DNA from: Methanobacteriota archaeon
GTDB lineage: Archaea > Thermoplasmatota > Thermoplasmata > SG8-5
Direction: 5' to 3'
NCBI GenBank assembly: GCA_030670795.1
Contig: DAOVAY010000003.1
Span: 1-42,267, forward strand
Length of the DNA: 42,267 nucleotides
Positions 1 to 9,120 of the stretch are shown here, one piece after another. The translations under genes and the position numbers were made by a program. Numbering within the stretch: the stretch's first letter is position 1; each line of letters opens with the position of its first letter. The notes below the pieces were generated by a model. The model did no database searches and was not told the DNA's origin. It saw nothing but the letters and a program-made list of their open reading frames with translations.

Positions 1-2
1 AT

Positions 3-3000
3 GAAGGGATTTTGGATATCTCAAATGCCGTTCTAAAAATGCAGTATCTGGAGTCCCAGAACTTCGAAATCCTGGTAAGGGGTAACGGTCAATTAATATT
101 GGATAATGTGGATATGGAAACGGACGGCAATTACTTGCCAGTGATATTAGAAGACAATGCGAATCTCACCATGACAGATTCGACCTCTACGTTGTACATT
201 GATTACCAGGCCGATGACAATGCTGAAGTTTATTTCGAAGGAACAAAAATCAGCGGTAATTTCGATGTCACATCTTCGAGTGCGAATGTCCAGTTGATAG
301 CACTAGACACAGTATTCTCGAGGGATTTGGATGATTTCTCGGGCACGTCCGTTGCCCATCTCAAGGCAGTTTCGTCTCCGCTATCCCCCGGCTTCGACAT
401 AGCGCCAACCGATGACGCTGAGGTCTTTATTTACAGAAGAATCAACGTCTTAGTGTTGGACGGAGCAGACCCGGGCAATCCGCTCGAGAACGCTGGAGTT
501 GCTTTAACATCAATAGCTGGCCCTTCACTCGATGACAGTGGAGGGACAAATGCCATGGGCATGTGTTATTTCATGTCTATGAGCGATAAGATCACGGCAC
601 CGATATTCCCACACACGGAACCGACGGTCGTGTGGGTGGGCGGCTATGACATCCTCGCATCGTATCTTGGATACTTTAGAAACAGTTTCATTGGCCTTGC
701 AGGATACCCTGATATGGGAGTGAACGATGCCTTTGAAGATGTGGAAATAATATTAGTCGATGTACTTCCCAATCTTGACCCTCCGATCTACAGGATGCCT
801 ACCAATCCAGGTCGCGGCGACTTGGTTTCCATAAATGCTACAGTGTCCAACAGCGGCGTTTCCACGGCTTATGATATTCTCGTACGATTCAATGACACCT
901 TTGGCGGTCAGAACACTACAATCTATGAGGAGACAATTCCGGAATTAGCTCCCGGTGAAAGCACTGGTCAAGGTAATATATCTGCGATAGAATTCCAATA
1001 TTCGTGGTCAGCTGTATCTCAGCTTGGGAACCACACAATCACTGTGATAGTGGACCCAGAGAATACCATCAAGGAGCAGTTTGAGGACGACAACATCAAT
1101 TCTACATGGGTAAATGTACTCGAGGCAGTAGACCTGGCCTTCCTATATTCTTCCGACATCTGGTTCTCGACCCCGTATCCGAACATCGCGGTAAACCAGA
1201 CCTTCACGATATACGCAGACGTACGTAACATTGGGGACATCGAAGCCACTGACGTTCGTGTTGAGTTCCATGAAGATGATGAAAATGGGACATTCTTGGG
1301 CAATGATACAATCAGCACAATCCCCGCTGGGACATACTTCACAGCTTCAATAACCTTGGCAACAGGATTCGACACATCTGGCTGGAAAACAATTTTTGCC
1401 GTGATAGACCCTGAGAACAATATACCGGAGATTTCCGAACTCAACAATAACAATACACGTTCGTTAGAGATAAAGCCACCCTCTGATTTGTTTGTAGACC
1501 TTATACAGTTCCTTGATGGCGGCAGCACCACAAACGATGTGTGGAACAGAACCACGGTGCAAATCAGAGCCCGCGTTACGAACGGCGGTGGAATGACCGA
1601 GATTAATGTTCCAGTCACTTTCTATGACGAGGATGCGGTAACAATAGGTCAGGATATTATACCATCCATCGCAAGCCAGCAAACCCAATATGCATCCATA
1701 AACTGGATTGCCGATTGTGACGACCTGGTTGTAGTCCACACCATCACTGCGTCAGTTGCGACAGGATCCTACGAGGTCAACCCGGGCAATAATCAGATAA
1801 ATGCTGATATAACCGTGAGAGACGACAGGTCAGACCTGTGGACAACGAACAACGACCTCGAGTTGAACTATGCAACCGCACCGAACATCCCTGAGAATAC
1901 GCCCTTCTCCATCGACGTGACAGTCACCAACTCGGGAATAAACACAGCAGAGAACTTCACCGTGGACGTGTATGACGGGCCCTTTGACCCAGTAAACTGG
2001 GCGGCTAACTGGCTAGGGAACACCTCAATATCCTCACTATCCAGCGGATCCAACACAACGGTTGAGATTTCCTGTAACGGTCTCAGCGTTCTCGGCTCCC
2101 ATAACCTTACTGTGATTGTAGACCCGGATATCATCTTTGATGACACCGTCCCAGGCTGGTCCTTCAATATCACCGGCCAAGTAGAGGAATACAACGAAAA
2201 CAACAACGATGCAACACTTCCGGTGAACGTGATTCAACCAGACCTAACGATTCTAATTACTTTACCTGCCTTTAATAGCGAGCCTTTCGTACAGGGCGAG
2301 CAAGACACCATCCTGATAACCGGCAATGTCGTTAGGACGGATGACAATACGCAAGGCGTATCCAATGTCTCACTCCTTATCCAGATATATGACGCAGACA
2401 GGCTCGTCGTGGGTAGCGACATTGTAGAGTCAGGAGCGGCTGGAGCGTTTACATTAGCAACTCTTGCTATGCCTGGCGAGGTCGGCACCTACTCCATAGA
2501 AATTACCGCGATAAGTGCATATTGTGAACCACGAACCTTCAATGTAGTATCACCACCGCCCGTCTTCCCCTGGTGGATAATTCTTCTGATAATCATAATC
2601 ATAATTATCATTATCGTTGCGGTTACACTCTACCTGTACTTTGTTGGTTTGGGCAAGACCGTGCAGTGTGGCGAGTGTAGTGCCTTTATCCCAGAAGGGG
2701 CCAAGAGGTGTCCAAAGTGTGGCGTTGAATTCGAAGCAGAGGTAGCAAAATGTAGCGTGTGCAGCGCATGGGTGCCCATCGATGTTAAGACTTGCCCAGA
2801 GTGTGGCACAGAATTCACAGTTGGCATGGAAGAACTTGAGGACTACGAGACCAAGATGAAGAAACAGTATGACCAAGTAGTTACAAAGTTCCGCGCGGAG
2901 GCAAAGAAGGACCTCGGTGAGACGTTCACCGAGACGGAGTTCCAGGCCTGGTGGGCAACTCAAGCGACCTTTATCACCTTCGACCAGTGGCTGAAAGAGG

Positions 3001-3467
3001 AGGAGGAGATGAAGCGCATGGGCTCCAAACCCTGCCCGGCTTGTGGCATGGAGAACAGTGTTACAGCCAAGATATGTCACAAGTGCGGCTCTCTGATGGA
3101 AGAAGAGGAGAAACCAAAACCCAAACCTCCAGCTGAAAAACCGAAGGAACCGGCTCCAGTAGAGAAAGAGGAGGTTGCTACAACGGTAGCACCTGCTGCA
3201 GTCGCGGCTGTTCCCGAAACAGTTGAGGAGAAGCCGGCGGAAACCGCACCCGAAAAGAAGAAATGTCCGTCTTGTGGCATGGAGGTTTCAGTCGCCGAGA
3301 AGGCCTGTCCAATCTGTAACTACAATTTCGAGGGGAAACCTGAAGAGAAACCGCCAACGACACCGCCCTCCGAACCTGCTACAACCGCACCCGTCAAGAG
3401 GGTTGTGAGAAAACCAGTTAAGAAAGTTGTGAGACGACCCGTGCAAAAACCACCAAGCGGTGAATAG
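3..3467 (+). CDS. Large membrane-anchored surface protein, 5' truncated by the window edge: beta-helix-like region, multiple CARDB/Ig-like domains, one TM helix, cytoplasmic tail with four zinc ribbons
   Basis: Frame is open from position 3, so the true start is upstream. Repeated CARDB signatures (ATVSNSG...VIVDPENTIKEQFEDDN; VIDPENNIPEISELNNN; VDPD...EEYNENNN). Ile-rich TM segment FPWWIILLIIIIIIIIIVAVTLYLYFV. Four CxxC-x10-CxxC motifs after the TM. Confidence 0.85.
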   Translation, partial: EGILDISNAVLKMQYLESQNFEILVRGNGQLILDNVDMETDGNYLPVILEDNANLTMTDSTSTLYIDYQADDNAEVYFEGTKISGNFDVTSSSANVQLIALDTVFSRDLDDFSGTSVAHLKAVSSPLSPGFDIAPTDDAEVFIYRRINVLVLDGADPGNPLENAGVALTSIAGPSLDDSGGTNAMGMCYFMSMSDKITAPIFPHTEPTVVWVGGYDILASYLGYFRNSFIGLAGYPDMGVNDAFEDVEIILVDVLPNLDPPIYRMPTNPGRGDLVSINATVSNSGVSTAYDILVRFNDTFGGQNTTIYEETIPELAPGESTGQGNISAIEFQYSWSAVSQLGNHTITVIVDPENTIKEQFEDDNINSTWVNVLEAVDLAFLYSSDIWFSTPYPNIAVNQTFTIYADVRNIGDIEATDVRVEFHEDDENGTFLGNDTISTIPAGTYFTASITLATGFDTSGWKTIFAVIDPENNIPEISELNNNNTRSLEIKPPSDLFVDLIQFLDGGSTTNDVWNRTTVQIRARVTNGGGMTEINVPVTFYDEDAVTIGQDIIPSIASQQTQYASINWIADCDDLVVVHTITASVATGSYEVNPGNNQINADITVRDDRSDLWTTNNDLELNYATAPNIPENTPFSIDVTVTNSGINTAENFTVDVYDGPFDPVNWAANWLGNTSISSLSSGSNTTVEISCNGLSVLGSHNLTVIVDPDIIFDDTVPGWSFNITGQVEEYNENNNDATLPVNVIQPDLTILITLPAFNSEPFVQGEQDTILITGNVVRTDDNTQGVSNVSLLIQIYDADRLVVGSDIVESGAAGAFTLATLAMPGEVGTYSIEITAISAYCEPRTFNVVSPPPVFPWWIILLIIIIIIIIIVAVTLYLYFVGLGKTVQCGECSAFIPEGAKRCPKCGVEFEAEVAKCSVCSAWVPIDVKTCPECGTEFTVGMEELEDYETKMKKQYDQVVTKFRAEAKKDLGETFTETEFQAWWATQATFITFDQWLKEEEEMKRMGSKPCPACGMENSVTAKICHKCGSLMEEEEKPKPKPPAEKPKEPAPVEKEEVATTVAPAAVAAVPETVEEKPAETAPEKKKCPSCGMEVSVAEKACPICNYNFEGKPEEKPPTTPPSEPATTAPVKRVVRKPVKKVVRRPVQKPPSGE

Positions 3468-3476
3468 ACAACAGAA

Positions 3477-3520
3477 TGGGGTCCTAGAACCCCAACTTTT
3501 TCCTTTCTTTCTTATTTTAA
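3477..3520 (+). terminator. Probable terminator between convergent genes (short hairpin plus pyrimidine tract)
   Basis: TGGGGT...ACCCCA inverted repeat followed by CTTTTTCCTTTCTTTTCTTATTTT, just after the stop at 3467. Confidence 0.5.
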
Positions 3521-3521
3521 T

Positions 3522-5303
3522 TCATGTATCTATAGGTTTTTGCTCTTCGGCCTCTTTAATTTCTTTCATTAACTTATCCGGGTCTTTATAATATGCTGAA
3601 ACGTATCTGGCCACTTCTTTGTACGCGACACCGGGAATATTGCTAAGATAAGATAGGATCATTGTCCGTCGTTTTACCTCGCGCATCATGTCCCTCTGGG
3701 ATAAATTCTTGGCCATTGCTATCTGTTCGTACACGTAGCTGTGGCCGCTGTAGTTGAATGTATCATCGGCCGGGTTCCATGTGTAAACAGAATTGGAAAT
3801 GAGATCGTTAGTCTCGGGGTCTATCCCCACAATCTCCGTGAGTGATTTCACTCGTCTTGTCATCTGGGTTCCGACCTTCACCTGTGCCTGCATCAGAACC
3901 AAGTTAAGGGCGCCGATCAACGCCCTGGGAACCTCGATTGGCGGTTGTTCCATCCTGTGTACCATGGCCTGCACGTTCTCCGCGTGGAAGGTAGTGTAAG
4001 CGCTCTTACCAGTAGCCATGGCCTGGAACACCACATAGGCCTCCGAACCTCTTACTTCACCGACCATCATGTATTGGGGACGCTGCCTTAGTGCGGTAGT
4101 GAGAAGTTCGAACATGTCTATCTCGCCCGCAGCTCTACCGGCGGCCGTTTCACCTCCAAAACCTGAACGGGTCAGCAGGGGAACCCAGTTTTCATGTGGA
4201 AGGTTCAACTCCCTCGTGTCCTCGATGCTCACAATCTTCATCTGTGGAGGAATAAACAATAGGATGGCGTTGAGGGTGGTGGTCTTTCCACTGGCCGTAC
4301 CACCGCACACAAGCATGGACTTACCGTTCTCGATACAGAGCCAAAGGTATGCCATCATGTCCAATGACATGGTCTTGAACCTTATCAAATCGAGAGGCGT
4401 GAAGGGATTCTCCCTGAACCGCCTTACGGTAAAGGATGAGCCGCGTTTAGTGACATGGGTTCCAAGAGTTGCCTGAAGCCTAGAGCCATCAGGTATAGTG
4501 GCGTCCAGCATGGGTTCTGCCACTGAGATGTGCTTGCCACACCTCTGGGCCAGCCAGACTACAAAGCTATCCAATTCTTTAGCTGATGTAAATCTTAAAT
4601 TTGACTGAATAGAGTCGTACTTTCTGTGATAAATGTAAAATGGCACATCCGTACCGTCACATGACAAATCCTCCACATTTGGGTCGATCATGGGCACATC
4701 AATCTCAGCATATCTGGTGAAATCTCGCAGAATATAGTACACCACCCGTTCCTTTGAGACAGGATTGAGATGCACGCCCATGTCCATAAGTAGGCTGTCC
4801 ACGGCATCTCTGAGATACTTCTCCTTCATCTCTGGTGTTGCGTCCTTTAGAAATTCAAGCGATTCAACCATGACCTCTTTAAGGACTTCAAGCACGTCCA
4901 CCTCTTCTTCTTTCAATGCAGGTTCGATGACTTCATATAAATACTCATTAGCGATGTTATCATATTTTATCCTGACATAAGAGTACCCCTCTATTATAGG
5001 ATCTATCTCGATTTCTTGGATATGTTTCTCCACTATCTTTGGAATTGTAGTTACACCGCTGAAAATCTCTTTTTCCTCGCTGTGAGCCCCTTTTGGTGGT
5101 ATGACCTTGATTGCTTTTTTACGTGAAAGAGCCTTCATGTAGGATTTTTTAAATCTGCCAAGCGCACCGAGTCCTTTTTTCTTTCTTTCGGTGACCATCG
5201 GTTCCTCTTCTATGGTCTCTTCAGGTTCTGCTGTGGGTACTTCTTCGGAAGTTTTTTGTACTTCTACCTCTGAAACCTCAGCCACTCTTGGTTCCTCCTT
5301 CAC
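3522..5303 (-). CDS. Type II/IV secretion system (archaeal type IV pilus, FlaI/TadA/VirB11-like) ATPase, second copy
   Basis: Walker A GGTASGKT, Asp box SIEDTREL, Walker B region ALRQRPQYMMVGEVRG, DATIPDGSRLQAT. GTG start overlaps the upstream stop. Confidence 0.92.
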   Translation of the reverse strand: MKEEPRVAEVSEVEVQKTSEEVPTAEPEETIEEEPMVTERKKKGLGALGRFKKSYMKALSRKKAIKVIPPKGAHSEEKEIFSGVTTIPKIVEKHIQEIEIDPIIEGYSYVRIKYDNIANEYLYEVIEPALKEEEVDVLEVLKEVMVESLEFLKDATPEMKEKYLRDAVDSLLMDMGVHLNPVSKERVVYYILRDFTRYAEIDVPMIDPNVEDLSCDGTDVPFYIYHRKYDSIQSNLRFTSAKELDSFVVWLAQRCGKHISVAEPMLDATIPDGSRLQATLGTHVTKRGSSFTVRRFRENPFTPLDLIRFKTMSLDMMAYLWLCIENGKSMLVCGGTASGKTTTLNAILLFIPPQMKIVSIEDTRELNLPHENWVPLLTRSGFGGETAAGRAAGEIDMFELLTTALRQRPQYMMVGEVRGSEAYVVFQAMATGKSAYTTFHAENVQAMVHRMEQPPIEVPRALIGALNLVLMQAQVKVGTQMTRRVKSLTEIVGIDPETNDLISNSVYTWNPADDTFNYSGHSYVYEQIAMAKNLSQRDMMREVKRRTMILSYLSNIPGVAYKEVARYVSAYYKDPDKLMKEIKEAEEQKPIDT

Positions 5304-6412
5304 ACTAATAATAGGATCACAAAGCCCAGCATCAGCATAATGAAACTATGCCTTAAACCACTGGGTACACTACCATTCTGTAGGACACCCGCCATCACCC
5401 CGTCACCGATTGCGTGGATCATGGAAGCCAGGAAGAAGGCGATTTCGATGTTAGGGATTGCGGTCACATCCAGTTCCGCTCCTCCAATGCCACCTTCGAT
5501 ACCCTGCTCCGCAGCCATAGCTGCGATGTTACTTCCGGCAAGTCTGATTTTTGGTAGGAAAGTCACGCTTAATATAATGATAGTGACCAGGAACACGAAG
5601 AAAGCGATGTATATGACAGCTAGATATGTGCTCATCGCGATTTCCCTTTCAGCCTGCATCAGTTGAGCTTCCTTTGTGTCGTGGGCGACCATGGTAAGGA
5701 CATCTGCGACGCCTCCTCCAGCATCACTGGATTTGATGACGATGGTGACGACTCTGTTTACCAGTGGTGTGTCCACCCTCTCTGCAAAAAGGCGGAGGGT
5801 TTCACTAGCTGGCACTCCCCATTCTATCTGGGCGGCCATTTTCTTTATCTCGGGCGTCAATTTTCCATATCTGCCGGAAGATGCCACAACGATGGCGTCA
5901 GCCAATGTCATGCCGAACCTGCCCGCTTCTGCCACGTCTCTTAGAAATTCAGGTAATCTTTTTTCTATGGCTGCTATATCACTCTGTTTTTTTGTAGCAT
6001 AGAATGCATACGGACCGATCATGATTGCGATACCCAGGAATAAGAAATTGAGGAAACGTTTCATGGGAGATTCCCCTTGATCATTGATGCCGTCGGGTTC
6101 ATTTAAATTTCCATCATTGTCGAAATCATCGGGGTCGTAAGCATCATGGCCAGGGAAGACATCACCACGATCTATCACACCATTTTCATTGGTGTCGATG
6201 CCAACTTCTTGAGGTCTTTGGATTATTCCATCTTCGTTCAAATCTGTCGTGGGAAGGCTTTTCATGGACCAATCAACTTGGTTGGTGAGGTTCAGGACAC
6301 CGAACACGATAAAGAGGGCAAAAAAGATTCCACATACAACTAAGATTAATCTCGTATAATCGCGCTTTTGCGCCATCACCACTTTTCTCATTTCACTCTT
6401 TGAGATAGCCAT
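5300..6412 (-). CDS. Type II secretion system F family (TadC/FlaJ-like) membrane platform protein with an Asp-rich loop insertion
   Basis: IEKRLPEFLRDVAEAGRFGMTL, YGKLTPEIKKM, WGVP and SSDAGG motifs; several TM helices; sits inside the pilus operon. Confidence 0.9.
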   Translation of the reverse strand: MAISKSEMRKVVMAQKRDYTRLILVVCGIFFALFIVFGVLNLTNQVDWSMKSLPTTDLNEDGIIQRPQEVGIDTNENGVIDRGDVFPGHDAYDPDDFDNDGNLNEPDGINDQGESPMKRFLNFLFLGIAIMIGPYAFYATKKQSDIAAIEKRLPEFLRDVAEAGRFGMTLADAIVVASSGRYGKLTPEIKKMAAQIEWGVPASETLRLFAERVDTPLVNRVVTIVIKSSDAGGGVADVLTMVAHDTKEAQLMQAEREIAMSTYLAVIYIAFFVFLVTIIILSVTFLPKIRLAGSNIAAMAAEQGIEGGIGGAELDVTAIPNIEIAFFLASMIHAIGDGVMAGVLQNGSVPSGLRHSFIMLMLGFVILLLV

Positions 6413-6416
6413 GTCA

Positions 6417-7436
6417 TCATGTTTCCTGACTTATGTTCCATATCACGAAGATGAATCCGAATTGGGATAACGGTATCATCAATCCTATTACCATAAACAG
6501 TATCATTGTCGTGTTTGCCGAGTTTCCACCGATGATGGCCATAATAGCCAATATGACCACAAGGAAAAGCGGGAACGCCACAACTACCGTAACAAAGCTC
6601 TCTGCGAGCATCGATAACGTTTCCATTGTGGATTTCAATTCTAGTTTTGCTTCCTTCTCGAACTCCTCCGCTTTCATTACGAAAAACGGTTTCAATTGAC
6701 CGCCAGATGTGGAGGTTGTCACCACACCTTGTAGGAAGTCCTGCCATTTTATTGAAGGGGAGCGTTGTGAACCCCTTCTGATAGCGGTTAGTATGTCGAT
6801 GCCAAGAAGCTCAGTATCCCTAGTAATCCACTCTGCCTCGTTCTTTATCTCACCATATACTGGCTGTCTTGCAAGTTCGCTGAATATCATGTCAACGGGC
6901 ACATTAGCTGAGGCCATTGCAGAGATGAAGCTCATCGAACCAGCGATTCTTTTGTCGATGTCCCTGCCCCTTGCCTTGGCTTTGCTCGCTGGCCTGGATC
7001 TTAGAATGAAGAATACAAGGATTGGTAATAGTATTGGTAGCATGATACCCAGAATCATGCCAATCAAGAACATATTCAAAAAGGCGAACAGAACAATGAT
7101 TATTATTGCCAGAACAATTGACACAATAGCAACGATAAGGGCAGACATATACATGAAGGAAATATATTCCTCTGGTCTGATCTTCATGTGTGCCTTTAAA
7201 AGGTTTTCCTCTAACTCTTCATCCCTTGAGCCCTTGGCCTTGACAAAGTTACCCATGACTCTCAAGCTCATTTCCTGATATGGGGTCAATTTGATATAAT
7301 CGGGAACCGCGCCTTTAGGAAGACGGATGAGGTGGGGTCCCATGTACTCTTCGTCTCTCATACGAATCTTCTTGGTCTTAAGGTGACGGCCTTTCGTATC
7401 CAATTGTTGGAAGCTTGTTTGGGTTTCACGCGCCAA
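6417..7436 (-). CDS. Type II secretion system F family (TadB/FlaJ-like) membrane platform protein
   Basis: LLKAHMKIRPEEY, YGEIKNEA...ELLGIDILTAI, SPSIKWQDFLQG and TSGGQL motifs; TM helices. Start moved to TTG at 7436, which has a GGAGGT Shine-Dalgarno and overlaps the ATPase stop. Confidence 0.88.
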   Translation of the reverse strand: MARETQTSFQQLDTKGRHLKTKKIRMRDEEYMGPHLIRLPKGAVPDYIKLTPYQEMSLRVMGNFVKAKGSRDEELEENLLKAHMKIRPEEYISFMYMSALIVAIVSIVLAIIIIVLFAFLNMFLIGMILGIMLPILLPILVFFILRSRPASKAKARGRDIDKRIAGSMSFISAMASANVPVDMIFSELARQPVYGEIKNEAEWITRDTELLGIDILTAIRRGSQRSPSIKWQDFLQGVVTTSTSGGQLKPFFVMKAEEFEKEAKLELKSTMETLSMLAESFVTVVVAFPLFLVVILAIMAIIGGNSANTTMILFMVIGLMIPLSQFGFIFVIWNISQET

Positions 7437-9120
7437 CTTCAGGACCTCCCTCTTCCATTTGCAATATAGAATCGTCCACCCATCCCATCTCGTCCCTGAT
7501 GTTCTGAACGGTTTCTTCCGGTTCTTTGTAATAGGCCACAATGACATTGGATATTTCTCGGAAATCAGTCACATCCTTTTCCTCTAGATATTTGATTATG
7601 TCCACACGTCTGCGCATTTCGATGTCCATCTCCTCATGTGTCATGTTCTTCATTTCCATTAATCCATCGAGAATGAAGCTGTGCCCTTTATATATAAACG
7701 AGTCTGTACGTTGATCCCAATCGTAAACAGTGTTGGTAATTAATTCATTTGTTTCGGGTTCAAATCCAACAAGTTCTACGACCTTAACAATGCGTCTTAC
7801 AACGCTATCTCCCACTCTCACATGTTTTTGAATTATTACGAAATTTAAGGCGGTTAGTAATATTCTGGGTATGCTAATCGGCGGATTTTCCAGCCTGTTG
7901 ACCATGGACTTGATGGAATCCGCGTGCATGGTAGAGTATGTGGTGTGGCCAGTAGCCATTGCCTGGAACATCGTAGCCGCTTCTTTGCCTCTGACTTCTC
8001 CTACGATAATGTAGTTCGGTCTCTGTCTCAAGGCGGCTCTGACAAGTTCATACATATCTATCTCACCGGCGGCTTTGCCATCGGCGCCTTTCTCACCAAC
8101 TCCTGTTCTAGTAGCTCCGGGTATCCAGTTTTCGTGGGGTAGATTGATTTCCCTTGTATCTTCCATGCTAACGATTTTAGCCCCTGGCTTGATGAAAAGT
8201 GCAAGTGCGTTTAAAGTTGCAGTCTTGCCGCTGGCTGTTCCGCCTGCAATAATCATCGAGTGCCCGTGTTCGACCAGCATCCAGCAATATGCAATCATCT
8301 CATGGGACGCTGTCCCATATTTAATCATCTCAACGGGAGTGAATGGTTTTTCTTTGAACCTTCGGATTGTGAAGGATGAACCCCGTGTGGTCACTTCTTT
8401 AGCATAAGTTGCCTGAACTCTGTGTCCTTCCCCTGTTGTACCGTCCAATATGGGTACGGCGACAGACACCTGTTTACCACACCTTTGTCCCAGATATATC
8501 ACGAAACTGTTCAGCTCATTCTCCTCCTCGAAAACCACGTCGGTCTTTACAGATTCATATTTTTGATGGAAGACGAACAATGGTATATTATCCCCATCGC
8601 AAGAAACATCCTCAATGAAACGGTCAGACATTAATGCATCGATGGGTCCATACCCAACATAATCTCTTATTACGTAATAATATATCTTTTCGGTGGTAGC
8701 TGGATCAAGGCGCATCTCTCGACTCTTAATGAAACTCGCTATGCTCTTTTTCAAATATTCGCGTTTATCTTTGACTTGAAGCTTATCCAACTCGTATTCC
8801 AAAGTCCTTTGCAGTGAATCCATAATCAATTTGAGAATCTCTTTTTCCTTTTCGGTTATCGGGGGTTCAATGACCTCATACACGAACTCGCTATTTCTGT
8901 TGTTGTACACAATCCTGGCATAACTGAATGGTTCCACGATGGGGTATACTTCTATTTCCTCCACATCTGGGTCGGTGATATCAGGTATTGGACTGAGGGG
9001 TGAGCCCTTGCCTTCTTTCCATTTCTGTTCCAGGACGGTTTCACCTTTTGGAACCTTGACTTTGAGAGATTTGGATTTTGATTTAAGCATTCTTTGCATC
9101 ATAGATTTCTTGAGTCCCAT
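7426..9120 (-). CDS. Type II/IV secretion system (archaeal type IV pilus) ATPase, first copy
   Basis: Walker A GGTASGKT, SMEDTREI, ALRQRPNYIIVGEVRG, His box ATGHTTYSTMHA. Start moved to ATG at 9120 (TAATG coupling with the upstream gene). Confidence 0.92.
   Translation of the reverse strand: MGLKKSMMQRMLKSKSKSLKVKVPKGETVLEQKWKEGKGSPLSPIPDITDPDVEEIEVYPIVEPFSYARIVYNNRNSEFVYEVIEPPITEKEKEILKLIMDSLQRTLEYELDKLQVKDKREYLKKSIASFIKSREMRLDPATTEKIYYYVIRDYVGYGPIDALMSDRFIEDVSCDGDNIPLFVFHQKYESVKTDVVFEEENELNSFVIYLGQRCGKQVSVAVPILDGTTGEGHRVQATYAKEVTTRGSSFTIRRFKEKPFTPVEMIKYGTASHEMIAYCWMLVEHGHSMIIAGGTASGKTATLNALALFIKPGAKIVSMEDTREINLPHENWIPGATRTGVGEKGADGKAAGEIDMYELVRAALRQRPNYIIVGEVRGKEAATMFQAMATGHTTYSTMHADSIKSMVNRLENPPISIPRILLTALNFVIIQKHVRVGDSVVRRIVKVVELVGFEPETNELITNTVYDWDQRTDSFIYKGHSFILDGLMEMKNMTHEEMDIEMRRRVDIIKYLEEKDVTDFREISNVIVAYYKEPEETVQNIRDEMGWVDDSILQMEEGGPEVGA

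Noticed and set aside
2572-2620. ATA/ATC/ATT trinucleotide-like repeat
   Set aside because: It is mixed-codon poly-Ile encoding the TM helix, not a slippage microsatellite.
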